Assembly: GCF_009834535.1 (NCBI RefSeq)
Contig: NC_045696.1
Coordinates: 34,474,001 to 34,538,000, forward strand
Direction: 5' to 3'
From: Camelus ferus
Taxonomy: Eukaryota
DNA: 64,000 nt
Both the position numbers and the translations under genes were made by a program. The notes below the pieces were generated by a model that saw nothing but the letters and a program-made list of their open reading frames with translations, was not told the origin of the DNA and made no database searches. Of this stretch, positions 25,721-39,929 are shown piece by piece (within the stretch, counting starts at the first letter, position 1; the number at the start of each line of letters is the position of its first letter).

Positions 25721-26523
25721 AGCGCAATAAACATTCAGCAATTCTTGCTTATAAATGTATCCTTCAATATATTTTTTTCAGTACCCAAAAGAAAGGAATC
25801 TTTTTGTTCCTCCCTATTCTCAGATTAAGTACTGCCACAGGTGTATTACCCTGTACCTCAGCTTATGGCGACTGATACTTTAACCACCACTTCTGAAGTC
25901 TACACTGAGATATTTTTACATTTATGCCCAAGTTGTTTATATCTGAATATGAATGAAAAGTTAAGGCCGAAATTTCATAATGCTTGCTGTTGTCCCCACT
26001 CTTTCCATCTTGGCCTCCAACTGTTGCAAATACTTCCAGACACTTTGTGCTTCTCAAGCAGATTGAGCGTGCTACCATGAGCAGCCCCTCGGTGTGCACA
26101 GGCATTTTCTCATTATCATCAAATGATAGAATGTAAACCCAGAATGTATTTTGGGAACCCCATAGACCAAACTTGACATTTCACAGAAGTAAAATCTAAA
26201 GCTCAGAGAAGTCTGGATGAACTCATCCAAATCATGCAAATAATATATAGGCAAGCCAGAATCAACGCTGAGGGCTCACGGATCCTCTGCAGTTGTACAG
26301 ATGGCATGTGTATCTTTTGTGCTGGTGTTTTTTTCAAGTGGAATTTTATTAGAAAACTAAAAAAGAAAAAGTATTTTTTAAAATGCCAAATTAACCAAAT
26401 CCAGAATACCAAACCATAGAAATGATGTAGTTTCCTGAAGGCAGGTTTAAAAAAAGAAAACTTAACCCAATATTGACATCAGTCAGTAGCTGGCTTATGG
26501 CTAGGTCTAGATGGTATTCATGC

Positions 26524-26528
26524 CTCTC

Positions 26529-26571
<43 letters not shown>
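26524..26571. repeat. (CT)n microsatellite
   Basis: Seen directly. Confidence 0.95.
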
Positions 26572-26573
<2 letters not shown>

Positions 26574-29500
26574 AAAACTTATTTTGCCTTCCTCAGCCTG
26601 TCACCTTCCCCTTCTTCAAAGGCATCTTTCCAGTCCTTTCTTCTTCCTTTGGTTACCCAGTTAGATCCTTCCTGTCTTTGAGATAGTTCTGGTCACTTTA
26701 TCCTGATGGGGCCACTAACTCTTAACTGTTTATGACATAACTTCTTGTAGAAAATAGAATGCATTTTCCTTACATAGGAATGTACTCACGTATTTGTCCC
26801 TATCTCAGACATCCAGTAGAAAATTTTTCTCTCTTAAAGGACCTATAAAAGGCAAATCAACTTCAGATTCCATCTTAATCTATTGGCAAACATAGTTTTC
26901 CCTGAACTTCCTCAGGCTGCTTGCCTGGTATTGAGGATACAGATGATAAATAGCACTTAAGTGGATAAAATTATAACACCAAGGTTAATAACTAATGCAT
27001 GTATTCATTTAATTGATTTTATAAATAACTAAGAGAAATTCAGTCATTATATAAAAAAAATCTCACTCCATGGAAATAATAAATCTCATTCAGTCAAGGT
27101 GACAGCTAACTCTCTCCAACCACAGAAGCCAAGTTAAAAAAAAAAATTTACAGTACTTTTCCTGTAGGCTGGTCTCATCGTTGAAGGTATAACATTGACT
27201 TTATGTGACCCCTACCAGCAAGCTCTAACTGTTGTAACACTAAAAGTGTAGACAAAATTCTTTAAGTAAATTAATAAACATACTCTTCCACTTTGCTAGG
27301 GCTGCTGAGTACCATCCACATGCTGGTGTGTTGCAGTAGCAGCTGAGTAAAGAGGGAAGATGCCAAAATATTATCAGTGATTCCTGAATTTTCAGAGTAT
27401 CAAGCAGACGGTGAAACAATTGACACTTTCTATACAAATCCTCAGGATTTGAATTCTAAATTAATATGACCACCCTACCTTGGGCCCGTCTCACACAGAA
27501 AAGCTGCACATACATAACAGAATCTCTCCGTAATGGATTTGATGGTCTCCCATTTCCCTAGAGTCAGTTGTTTGCTCCAAGGACATTTCCAGATTAGGAA
27601 GTATCAGTATGCATATACCAGAAAATAAAAATCCCTGAGACTCTGCTACCCGAAGATAAATGTAAACACCTAAGGATGGATTTATTTGTAAGTTATTTTT
27701 TCATTTAATATAAAAATGTAATGTGAAGATGTTTTTCATGTCTATATCCTCTTCTACAGCATCTTTTTCTAAAAGCTGTGTAGCAGTCTTCCCTGTGGCT
27801 GGTTTATAAAAAATGTACTAATTATTGGCCATGTAAATTAATTATAATTCTGTACCAGTAGTAACAACGCTGTGTGAGTATCCTCGAAGCACATTTGTTG
27901 CATACATTCATGGCTGCTGCTTCATGACAGAATCAAAGAATTTGAATCTCTGGGCCAAAAGTGTGCACATTTTAAGGCACTTACTGCATATTCCCAAATT
28001 GTAACCAGGATCTACCCATTTTTATTCTCTTAGCATTGTATGAGATAATCCATTTTTCTCATACACTAACATTAAAAAATAATAGTCATCTTTACTAGTC
28101 AAAAATAACCTCTCACTAATATTTCCATTTTCATTTATTTGACTGGAGTGAATTTATTCTACTATACTGGGATTTTTTTTTTCTCTCCATTTTTTCCCCC
28201 ATTAGACCTTTTTGAGAACAGGAGCCTAGTCTCAAGTCCCTCAGGTCTAGAGTAAAGAGTATCTCTCACGACACCCAACCAGTTTTGTACCCAGTAATGT
28301 CTGAGTAAATGAAAAAATTAGCCCAGAAACTTGATAGTGAATATGCGTCACTCATGATTAGGAATTTGTTACACACATGGAAACACAAATATACAAAAGG
28401 ACAATTCACACATACATAAATAGTGTAAGTACTCTCATAAGTATAATACAAGAACTTTATTTGGTGCTAACTGGAAAAAGAGCAGTCTAAAGTAGTGAAG
28501 ATCCTTAACCTTGTAATTTTTTTTATGTGGTTTTACTAATTTATGACCATACTGCCACAACTTGAAGCAGGAGCTTCCAGATCCTTTCTAAGCCTGTTTC
28601 TGGGCTGGCTGCGATGAACAGACGAGACGCATCTATAATTAGAGCTTTCCCTTGCCTGTATTAAATTCATTGCTAAAACCTCAAAAAAAAAAAAGTATCC
28701 TCTTAAGTATATGATGAATTCTGTTGATTATTCAAATGCTGATAAAGGAGAAAACCTGGTTATCACACATAATACAATAAAAACCTCAGTTAGATCAAGG
28801 AACATAAATCAAACCAGTAGAACACTAGGCATAAGTGTGTGGAGTGAGTGAGTGTGTTTCGGTGTGTGAGTCTCTCCATCCTGCTATCAACGCACTGAAT
28901 GAAAGAAAAAGTCCACTGCCCTGAAGACTTTCTAAAGGGAAATCTTCCTGGACTGCAAGGCAGCCTGTGTCAATAACTGCTGTTACCTCTGTGGAGGCAC
29001 AGTTAAACTCCCGAAGAGCTCCTTTGGTTTTATCCTTCTTTCTTTCACTAGAGCCTGAGGTTCAGTCAGCAGAAGAGGAAGAGAGCAGAAGGTTGCATGA
29101 TGGAGATTAAAATTTGACTTCCACTCACATTCCATCGGCCAGGCCTCGGTGCCCTGGGGAGGGAGGCTGGGAGATGCAGGCTCGCTCTCTTCAGACTGGG
29201 TGAGCAGCTTGCTGTCCTGTGCAGCATCAGTCACCTTTTGGTTTTTGTTGTATTTGTGTAGCGTCATATGGTGCCTTCGAGTATTTCGCTCTACCCAAGC
29301 CTCGTATATGCTATTGTTTCCTTGGTATGTTTTACTTTCACTTGCTTTTTATACTTCAGAAGATTTATTTGAAAAAGAAAACTGTCATTGGAAAGCCAAA
29401 GTGGAAAAAAAAAAGAAAGAAAGAAAGCCAAAGTGAAATATCCCAAAGTGAATAGAACTTAACTATAAAAATAAACACACTAAAGACGAGAAGTTGTAAG

Positions 29501-29909
29501 TGCTAAGGCACTAGCAGTGCTTTCAGAGCCTCTGAGCTGAGGCTGATGATTCTTTCTTGAGAAGGGGGTTTATAAAATGATAGAAAGAGGCACAGTGTAT
29601 ATTTGACCAATATCAAAAAAGTATTCTTTCCTGTTTTATAAATGTAAATTCTATTTGTCCTTGATTGTAGTATTGTCAAAATTGTTCTTGTTTTTGTAGC
29701 ATTTGATTAATATATCATTTTCAAACTTTCAGCCAATTTCGTGGTAAGAACCGTTTTTTTAAATTATACATAGATTTTTAAAAATCTAACTATTCTTTTC
29801 ATAGAAGACTTTATATATTATAATAACAAATATATTTGAACTTACTCCTGCCATTTCATGTTTTGTCTTTCACACTGCTTTCTCTTTTTTTAACTAAAAT
29901 TTTTTAAAA

Positions 29910-30045
29910 TATATTTTTATTGAAGTATAGTCAGTTTCCAATGGTGTGTCAATTTCTGGTGTACAGCGTAATGCTTCAGTCATATAGAAACATACATATA
30001 TTTGTTTTCATATTCTTTTTCACCGTAAGTTACTACAAGACATCT
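29910..30045 (-). mobile_element. Very short L1 3' tail
   Basis: Same tail family as 22445-22755. Confidence 0.75.
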
Positions 30046-30094
30046 TTTTTAAAATTCCTTCTTGATTTGTTTGATTGATTGAATTTCTTTTTCT

Positions 30095-30624
30095 AAATTT
30101 CTGTTAATTTGGTAGAGCAGCTCACAGAACTCAGAGGAACATTTACTTATATTTGCCAGTTTATTATAAAGAATATTATAAAGAATATAGATAAATAGCC
30201 AGATGAAGAGGTACATACGCAAGGTCCAGACGGGTCCCAAGGGCAGGAGCTTCTGCCCCCGGGAACTAAGTGCACCACCCTTCTAGCAGGTAGATGCATG
30301 AACTAACCTGGAAATTCATCAAATCTACTTGTCGGAGAGTGTTTATAGAGCTCAATCTGAAGCAACCCCTGCTCTTCCCAGAGGTCAATGGGTGGGGCTC
30401 AAAGTGCCAACCTTTGAATCATTTGGCCTTTCTGGTGACCACTCCATCCTAAAGCTCTCTAGGGGCCCCACCCTAAGTCACCTCATTAGTATAAAATTAA
30501 GTGTGTTCAGAAGTGCTTATCACGAATAATAGATATGCCTGTTCCTTAGGACATAGCAAGGGTTTTAGGAGCTCTGTGCTACAAACCAGGGATAAAGACC
30601 AATATATTTCATATGATGCCCACA
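30095..30624 (-). mobile_element. MER21-like LTR (partial)
   Basis: Minus strand tg...atatattggtcttt...gcacagagctcctaaaacccttg; plus strand ctcacagaactcagagg. Confidence 0.7.
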
Positions 30625-30699
30625 GTATTGATCTATTGACTTCTAATCCCCATCCAGTACTAAAGAACTGCCCAGATCCAGGAGGCATTTTCTGACTTT

Positions 30700-33613
30700 G
30701 GGACATAATGCCAGAGAATGTCACATGCATGGCGCCCCCTGGAGTTTGCAAAGCATCAGTTCCTGTGTGAACAGTATTATTCCTCTAGGGAAACGTTTAA
30801 CAGTTTCTCTGAATTCTGTTGAGTCCTGTGAAATTACACAATTGTCTAAGACGGTGATTTTTTTTTTAATTGTCTTAACACTTGGAGCATTTTTGTAGAT
30901 CTCAGTGTTTGTGGTTTTGGGTGTTATGAAAAATTTCCTTCGGTTTGATGAGATATCCCCTTTATTTTCTCTTTTTCTGTCTTCCTGGAACTTTTATTTG
31001 ATAGGTGTAAAAACTGATGAACAGAAATCTCAATTAAAAGAGAGTTGGGAGACCAGACAGGGAACTTCTCGTGCCCTCCAATACTAGCAGAGCCCTGCAG
31101 GAGGAAGAGACTCCCTCCTCTTGTCGGTGAGACACTGTCACAAATCAGCCAATGAAAAGCCACTGTACTTTGAACTCTTTCTCCTTCCCTTTTTTACCCA
31201 CTACAATTTCCCTGTACCCCCAGTTTCCCATACTCATTCTCTTGCTGAATTTCCCTTTTTCCCTGAAACTCTTCTCACCCCCTTTTCCTCTGAACCTATC
31301 AGAACCCATCCCTTTAAAATTAAACCTCCTGAGAATCCAAAAGCTAAACCCTTAATTTCTTATATTCCCTGGACTACAGCTGAAATGTAGGCCATAGTCA
31401 AGCATTTTCCCAAAGTAACCGATGATCCTCACAGAGAAATAAATATCGTCATTCAAACTTAACCTGCTTTCTCTGACTTACATCAGCTAGTTCATATGCT
31501 TGTAGGTGAAGGCCAGGTCCAGCATTGGATGAAAATCCTGAAAGGTCTTTAGGACTGAGAGATCAGCCTTCTAACTTATTGTATGATCAGATGTGGACAG
31601 TTGCTAGGTGACTTGGTCAACCAGTTCCTAAGGCTTTTCCGAAGTCTGTTGATTGCAACAAAATTCAGCTTCACACACAAAAATCTGATAAATCTGTTCA
31701 TGACTATTTTAATTGACTTCGGATTGTTTTTGAAGGAGATTCTGGTCTTCCTTCAGATGTTGGTTCCACCTGGGTATCTTTTACGTCTGTGTTTATTAAT
31801 GGGCTAAACGGGGACCTTTCCCTACCAGTAAAAAGGACCAGGATGGGATGGGAAACTATGTCCACTCCAGATTTGCTTAATCTGGCAAACCAGCTCTCTC
31901 ACACTCTAGATGAGTCACCTAAAAGAAAGACTACTAAAATTCTTAGTCAACTCCAGCAAATTAAGTCCCCTAAACAAAGCCAAACCTTCTAGTTTCTGTT
32001 GTCATTGCAAAGAGCCAGGACATTGGAAAATAGATTGTTACAGATTCAAGCTCTTCAGGTTCTTTCAGTCAACGAACCAGTCTTTCCAACATCCTCCCAG
32101 TTCTTAATCACAGGGCTCTGAAGAACTACAAGGATCTTCCTAATCTTTCCTGTTAATCAGCTTGCAGAAACATTTCTCCAGATTGGGGATGATCTATTCC
32201 ACTCCTAAGTGACTGGAGCCACACTGTCAGTGCTCAACCCCACTACTATAAAACAGCCCCTGCCCCGGAGTACTGAAACAGCTCAGATCGTGGGAGTCTC
32301 TAGTGAACTGCAGAAGGTTCCCATCTCTGAACATATTCCTTTTTGTTTAGGCCCTTTGAGACACACAGCCTTTTCTCCTCAACTCCTTCACCCTATCTGT
32401 TTATCAGGCCAAGACTTCTTAGAGAAATATCATGCAGAAATTTCTTTCCCCTAAAAGGGGGAAATAATTCTAGAATGTGACAGTAGTCATCAAAGCAGCC
32501 AACCAGGTGAATTTGAATTTAATGAACATTTGGTATCTTTCATTTGCTCTGTCTCTAATGGGACTGGAGCTGATTCTGGGAACATTAATCATTAGTCCTT
32601 ATTGAATCATGTACCACCCTCCTTATGGGCAAAACCTTCAACTGATTTTGGCAAAATTCACTGTGCACCTCCCATCAAGATTCAAATAGATCTCTCAGAA
32701 CCTCTTCTCAGAATTAATCAATACCTATAAGTAAAGCCTTCAAGGCATAAAACCCATCATAGCAGGTTACAAGGGTCAAGGCTTCATTATCCCTTTTATC
32801 AGTCCTTATAATACTCTCCATTTTCTGGTAAGAAAACCTGAGGGCTGAGGGTGGAGGTTTGTCCAGGGCCTCCAAGCAGTTGACAGCCTTGTTATCCCTT
32901 GACACCCCTGTTGTTCCTGATCCTCACATGGCACTAACGTCCGTCCCCTGGAAGCAGGTTTCTCACCTGACCGACCTACGCGGTGCATCTTTAGTATTCC
33001 AGTTAAGGAAGCTGAGCAATACCTTTTTGCCTTTACATGAGGAGAACTATTCACTTCGACAGTAATGGCTCGGGGTTATTATTACTCAGAAGTCCTACTA
33101 GCCGATCTGGGTGATATAAAGTTCCCTGGGGTTCTCCTTGGTTGCACCGTGTGGATGATGTGCTGCTTTGCTCTTCTCAAGCCTCCTCACAAGAAAACAG
33201 CATTCAGTTGCTAAAGCTTTTAGTCTTAAAGGGGCATGAGGTCACCGAAGAAAAATTGCAGTTTGCCCAAACCCAGAGTCGATATTTAGAGCATCTGATA
33301 TTAGAACAAGGGGCACACCTAGACCCAGATAGACTTCATGGCGTCCTAAAGTCTCCTAAAGCACAAAACTAAGCACTAACTGTCAGGTTGACTTGGGCTA
33401 GTTGGTTATTGGTGAAACTGAATTCCACATTTCTCTCTTATGGCCAAACCTCTCTACATTTTGTAACAACCCTGATCCAGTTTTATAGGAAGAACAAAAG
33501 GACATAGCCTTCAAGACCTTAAGGAGAGTTTGATGAACTCACCTACCCTTGGGCATCAAGATGATCAGATTCTCCTTTTCATCTTTTAATATGAAAAGGA
33601 AGGGAATGCCCTT
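30700..33613 (+). mobile_element. Decayed class-I (gamma-like) ERV gag-pro-pol
   Basis: Gag 'YIPWTTAE'; CCHC knuckle 'CHCKEPGHWKIDC'; protease remnant '(D)TGATLSVL'; RT motifs SPYNT, WRFVQ, 'RVDDVLLCS' and 'KGHEVTEEKLQFAQ'; many stops and frameshifts. Confidence 0.85.
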
Positions 33614-34200
33614 CCACTGCCCACTCTATGTTCCCTTTGTCTTTAGTTAGTACCTCAGCGGATCGGGTTCCTTCACCTGGTGGGTGATCCAAACCTTCAT
33701 TCCTGGAGGGTCTGAGCCATCGGTCGCGCTTCCTGGATTGAGTGGTTGTAGTTTTCCATTGATTTTAATCACAAGGCCTGATGATACTAAGAGACCCTAA
33801 GAGATCTGTGTACCCCCCACACACTCTCCATTACCTCTGTTGTGGAGTAGCACTCCAGTTGCCCCTTGGTAGTCAGAAGCAGTCACCCCAGCCAGCACAG
33901 TCACTCCCTTCTTGGCCAGGTGGCAGTCTTAACTTCCAGCCCAACAGATAATCATTGTGGTGTAGTGGAAGCATTCCTCCCTTTGGAACTAAGACCTCTA
34001 GGCCAGCAGAGCATAAAGTCATGAGCATAGGAGGCAGAGATTTTGCCACTGGGTTACTAGGGGTAATAGTGAGTGGTGCCCCGCTCATTTCCAACCCTTG
34101 ATTCCTGCCCTGGCTGTGGGAGAAACAGCACCATATATTGGATGCTGGTTCAGACTGTATAACAGCCTTCTGGAGAACCTTGCCCCAGCCCTGCCAGTAA
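33611..34200 (-). mobile_element. ERVL internal remnant (integrase C-terminus / dUTPase-like region)
   Basis: 'APLTITPSNP...TLCSAGLEVLVPKGGMLP...WKLRLPPG' and 'PSGMKVW...KGNIEWAVE' resemble the ERVL pol tail. Confidence 0.85.
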
Positions 34201-34412
34201 TCCCGCCTAGCTGGACTTATTAGCCACTCACCCTGATGATCACTCAGAGATGACATCTCCTGCTATTCATATTTGTTCACTTTGAATTTGCCTTTTTTCT
34301 AGGGTCTGCTCTGAATTCAACAGTGGTTTTCTTCAGGATGTGGTTTTCTTCAGAGCACTGGAGCTTTGGTTTCTCTTGCTCTGCCACTTCTCAGTCAACA
34401 TAATACAAACTA

Positions 34413-34637
34413 CAGTTGACCCTTGAACAACTGAGGGATTGGGCCCCCCAACCTCCCCAAACAGTCGAAAATCCAAATGTAAACTTTGCAGTTGGCTCTC
34501 ATATCTGAGTTTCCTCATTCTTGGATTCAACCAACTGAGGATCAGATTGTGTTGTCCTGTAGTATATATTTAGTGAAAAAAATCCATGTGTAAATGAACT
34601 GACCCTGTTCAAACCTGTGTTGTTCCAGGGTTAACTG
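34413..34637. mobile_element. Tigger2-family MITE
   Basis: Terminal inverted repeats CAGTTGACCCTTGAACAAC / GTTGTTCCAGGGTTAACTG (2 mismatches); TA on the left flank. Confidence 0.85.
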
Positions 34638-35400
34638 TGTTTTTCATCATCTGTACAATTAATCGTCCCACACAATCACTTTTTCCATCATCGAGAAATT
34701 CCTCGAGAAGTCTTATCTGTTCATGGAATCCTTTCTTATTTTATAATGCTACTGTGAATTTCTTCCCAGATTTTAAGGGATTGGGGGCATAAAGGGAAGG
34801 GAGTGCATGTGTTTGGCCTGTCATGTCTACCTGCTCTCTGGCTTTGATGTTCAAATGTAACATATCAAGACTAGAAGCAAAGGGCTTCTGATTAAAAATG
34901 GTGAATTAGCAAGTATTTATCTCCTTTATCTCATAAAGCAAAATCACTAAACTTTATCACTAAAGCAAAAATACATGAATTAAAAATGTGTGTCTGTGTG
35001 TTTAAAATGTAAGGACAAATGAAATGGAAAAGGACACATAATGTATGAGGAATTTCCTCAGCTTTCAAACAGAAGTAAGAAGTGACTGACTGGAGTGGAG
35101 TTGGTACACAGAGCCAGTCAGTTCACCCCACAGAACCCCTCAGAGGCTCAGGACTTGCACGCTGCGAGGAGGCTCTCCATGTGCTCCAGGACCACCTCCC
35201 TAGGCCACACAAGTGGGCAACTATTTCTCCCCTCACATCCACACCCCTCACCAGGTAAGGGACCAGAAGGTGATTCTCTGGATAATTTGAACCAGAGAAG
35301 CTCCAGATTCAGGAAAGCCAGTTGAATAAAGGGTTGTCATGAGATAAGGGGCTAACAACATGGGATTAAAAGAATAATTACCTATCGAACTATAATCTCT

Positions 35401-35870
35401 TGTATTGGATTCCTCACACTGTTGTAACAAAGTACCACAAACCACAAATTTGGTGGCTTAAACTACATAAATGTCTTTTCTCACATTTCTGCAGGCTGAA
35501 TGTCTGAGATCAAGGTGTAGGCAGGTGCGTTCTGAGGGCTGCAAGGAAGGCTCTGTTCTGTGTCTCTCTCTGAGCTTCTGGTGGCTTGCTGGCAATACCT
35601 GAAGTTCCTTGGCTTCTGCCATGTCACCTTGAGCTCTGTCTTAATCTTAACATGGCGTTCTCCCTGTGTATGTGTTTCTATGCCCAAAGTTCCCCTTCTC
35701 ACAGGCACTAGGCATATTGGATCAGGGGCCCATCCTATTCCAGTATTACCTTATCATAACTAATTACCTCTGCAGTGACCCTTTTTCCAGATAAGGTGAT
35801 ATTCTGAGGTCCTGGTGGGTTGGGACTTAAAGATACAAATTAAGTAGAGGGGACACAATTCAACCCATAA
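35401..35870 (-). mobile_element. MaLR MLT1B/C-type LTR
   Basis: gtaacaaagtaccacaaa...ggtggcttaaa...tctgagatcaaggtg...cacaattcaacccataa. Confidence 0.85.
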
Positions 35871-35932
35871 TAGCTCTCTTATCCATCCTGTTCTCAGAAT
35901 TCCAGTAACTGGACATATTATACACATTCTTG

Positions 35933-36277
35933 TGTTGACCTGACAAATAGACTGCCAGGTACTTCTCTAGCAAAGATGATTTATCCAAGATCAGCCGAGA
36001 ATTGCAGCTTGGGGTCTGCAACCATGGTGAGCCACATGCAGGCAGCCACATGTACAAGCCCCTGAATGGCAAAGGAAGGAGAACGCTTTTATAAAAAGGA
36101 CAAGGAAGTTGGAGGGGTGTAGTAAACAAAGAGTCTATGTGTTTTCATTGGCTGAGCCCTTGCAGGAAAGGAGTCTTTCTTCTTCCTCTTGGGCTCTGCT
36201 ATCATCACAGGGCATGAGAGCTCCCCCTTCTGGCCTCCAGACTCTAATTGTGGCTTCTGTTTTTTTAATTTTCTACA
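35933..36277 (-). mobile_element. ERV1-type solo LTR
   Basis: TG...CA termini; near-identical 4-bp flanks cttg/tttg; internal CCAAT- and TATA-like motifs. Confidence 0.6.
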
Positions 36278-39200
36278 TTTGTCACATCTCTTCCTATGAG
36301 TTTGAAGAAACTGAAAGCACTTAGGTAAAAGATTTTCAACAACTTACTTTTGGAGTTCTCCAAAAATTGTGTTTTGCTTCTGATTACTCTACCTGTTGCC
36401 AGATCCCATTCATGAACAGAGGGATTGCAATCAGCTGTTTAGTTCTTAAATATAAATGAGCATCTATGAATCACTCAATACTTAAATAATGTTTCCAATA
36501 GGGAAGAGATAGATTAAAATTAAATAGTCAGAAATAGAGGTGCCTGGATGAAATAAAGACAATGCAGGAGCAGAAGAAAGCTTTCAAAAAAATTATAATT
36601 GTCACAGAGAAATGAAAGAAAATACTGTGGTCATAGACCTAAAACGGGATGCTATGAAAAGGATATGTTCAGAAAGCAAGAAAGAAGTCTTCGAAATCAA
36701 AAGCAGGATGGAATAAATGAAGGAGAGTAGATTATCAAAGAAATAATATAAATATAATACAAAATAATATATATTCCATTTGTTTCCCCAGAGACCTTCT
36801 TTCTCAGCCCTCTTTCCTCTTGCTCCAATCTGAGCCTATTTTTTCCCGTAGGTTCAATACAGTGGTACACCTAAAAATGTGGATTAATGACTACATGGAT
36901 TCTAGACATGAATTTGCTACTTACAACTCGTATGATCTCACAGTGAGTTGGTAATATTTTATGTTAGCCAAAGGTGTAGCATTAAGAATCTACAAGGGGA
37001 GAAGATGAAGCAGCGTTAGAAGAGAAAGAAGGAAATCAGATAGGAAGGAACAATTAAGGACAGATGGCCATTGGTACAGGGAAAGATTGGACCTTAATTC
37101 TTTTGTGTTACTGCTATACTGAGTAGTAAAGAAACTTACTGTTGTGTCCTAAGCAAGGAGGTGTTAGGCGATCGCCCAGTAAAAAAAGTATTCAAAAGAG
37201 TGTAAGTTCCACAATAACAACCCTCATGGAGATGAATAGAATTAGGTGACAAGTGATTACCAGACATAAGAGTTCCAATCCTGATCTAATGCTGGTTTTC
37301 TAAAATAGGAAATTAAGGTATTTTATTGAACTTGTAAGTTTTAAAAAAACTACTTGATGATATTTTATGGCATTCATCGTTTTCTCACTAACTGGAAGAT
37401 TTGGAAACATGTCTCCAGGGTTTAGTACTTAGTACACGTGTATTTGATGTAGGTGTTATTGAAGCATAGTGGGATACTACATACAAGCAGCTAGAAAGTT
37501 TGGGCTATTTATAAAGTAAAAGTACAGGGACACTGAAGTCATAGCTTTGAAACTGACTTCCAATTATATACTTAGTGATGAATAACTTGGGAAAAAGAAT
37601 GATGACTTCACTTTATAAATATGCAACTAAATTTTATAAAGGTGAGTTTTAAATAATTCAAAAAAAGATGTTTTAAAATATTTGTTCAGCATTTAAAATT
37701 CTTTAATATTCTCATTAATAAGGTAGATGAATTATGTGATATTACTATTCTTTACAGTTTGGATGTAACATTATGGGAGCAGGTTTCAATAAACGTCTGC
37801 CTCATATTTTGTATGTGACACAGCTAACATGTGCTTGTTGTAAATGAGTCAACATACAGGCGTGTATAAAAGAAGGGCTAATACTCCCCCATCTCAGTAA
37901 TCTTAACCATTTGCTGTGTGTTTATTACCACATACTAACATATTGCACTTTGTATAGATTGTTCTTTTTTTTCCCCTCAAAAGTGAGTAAATATACTGTG
38001 TAATTCTTTTTTTAAATTTAGCAACATTGTAGAAATCTATTGTGATACATACTTCTAGATCACTTGAATAGCTCCATAATATGGATATGTCATAATTTTT
38101 GGACCATTCCACTACTGTTGGACATTCATAATATTTGCAGTTTTTTGTGATTATAATAGTAAGATGAACTTCCTTTTACATGTATCTTTATACATTGGCT
38201 ATTTTGTTCCTGTAGGATATATTCATTAAAGTGGAATTTGCTACGTTAAAAAGAATACATAAAATCATTCTTACTGTTACTATTGAATAGGTCCTACATG
38301 AGCATGGAAAGAAAAAATTCAAAGAGAAGGCATTTAAAACAATGTCTCTTATTACATACCAAGGCCTTTTATGCTTAAACAGAAGATTGTAGAATCTGTC
38401 ATCTAACATAACATACCAGCTCAGGGTGGGGGGATTATGATCATCATTATTAATGTGGGATTAGGTACACCAGTGACTCTCTTGATATCCAGTATTCAAA
38501 GGAGCTCTTGATTTACCACGAGCATTGCACTAGAATGTGTGGCAGGTTCTTATTTTACAGGTATTTAAATTGGTCAGTCTCATAGTTTAATAGATTTTAA
38601 TCTGGAAATGGATATTTTATGGATAACATATGTTACCAGATTTTCAGAGGCTGTGCGGATCATCTAATTTACAAATTTCCTATTTTTATTTCTCTTCTTG
38701 TACAAAATGAGACTTGGAGAATCAAGATGAAAACAGTGATAACTATTCTGTTGGTAATTTACTAGTCTAACAAGGAATGCTTAAAGAAGTTGGCTAGAAA
38801 AGACAACATGTGCCCTTCCCTGCTCCTGCCCCATCACTGTATTAGACAATGAATCATCTTTATTTTCTCTGATGTATCTCCAGTGGCTAGAGTAGCGTCA
38901 GGCACATGATAAGGACTCAATAAATACTAGTTGACTGCATATTATTCAAATTTAACCAAGAACTTGAGGCCATAGGCTTTTAGATGATCTGATTCCAACA
39001 TTTAAACGAGAGAGCTAAACATTCATTCTAAGTAGTATGCATATAAAACAGTTGAAATCAAGTAACGTATTGAAGGGGTAATCAGATGGAAGTCATGCCA
39101 TACTTATCAAATTCATCACATCACAAATAAGTCCTATTGTACTTCCTAGTTTTAGTCTTCGCAGGGCTAGGTTAGCTGGCCTGATCCCAGGAGCATCTTT

Positions 39201-39929
39201 GCATCATAAGATAATCATATTACAGGTGCATAATACAATTCAATTTACACACAGAAAAAAAAAAAAGTAACATTACGAGACCCAGAGGCCAGAGGCCCAT
39301 ACATTCAATTGGTTTACACCAATAAAGGCTATAATGAGATACTTTAAGAAAAATGAAGACAAGCCTCTGATGGTTTGGAGATGTTAAACTAGAAACAGAA
39401 GTATTGATTTCTTAAGGTCCTTTCTACTATTTCGATTCAGGAAAAACAAGTCAATTACTTTAAAAATTCATTAATTTTTCTCCAAACAGAAGTGAACAGA
39501 AGGAATATTTGTTCTAAAAACTATGTAAAACTAATAAAAGGCAAGACAGTTTTCCACTTCTATGCATTTTCCCCCCAGTGCCGAATAATATAGCAAACCT
39601 TTCAAAAACCCAGTAAAACTTATGAGAACAAATTAGGTCCTTGTCTTTCATAATTACTATTTCTAAAAGTAGAGTGTTGAGTATATTTCCAATTAAAAGC
39701 ACTGATTAAGCTTGTTTAATTATTACTTATGTAATTTTAGGAGAAAGGGGCAATCTGTAGCTAGATATGAATCTGATTTGACAGGATATATGCTTTTATA
39801 TTGGGCATAAGGGTTAATAATCTTACAGAGATATAACTAGTAGCAAAATAAAACTAAATTAGTAAAATTGTAATCTTTTGAAATTATGAAATGATACTGA
39901 CTCACAAAACAAAACATGCTTTCAAAAAC

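Noticed and set aside
30700..33613. Functional or domesticated retroviral gene
   Set aside because: Numerous stops and frameshifts; protease and RT catalytic motifs are damaged
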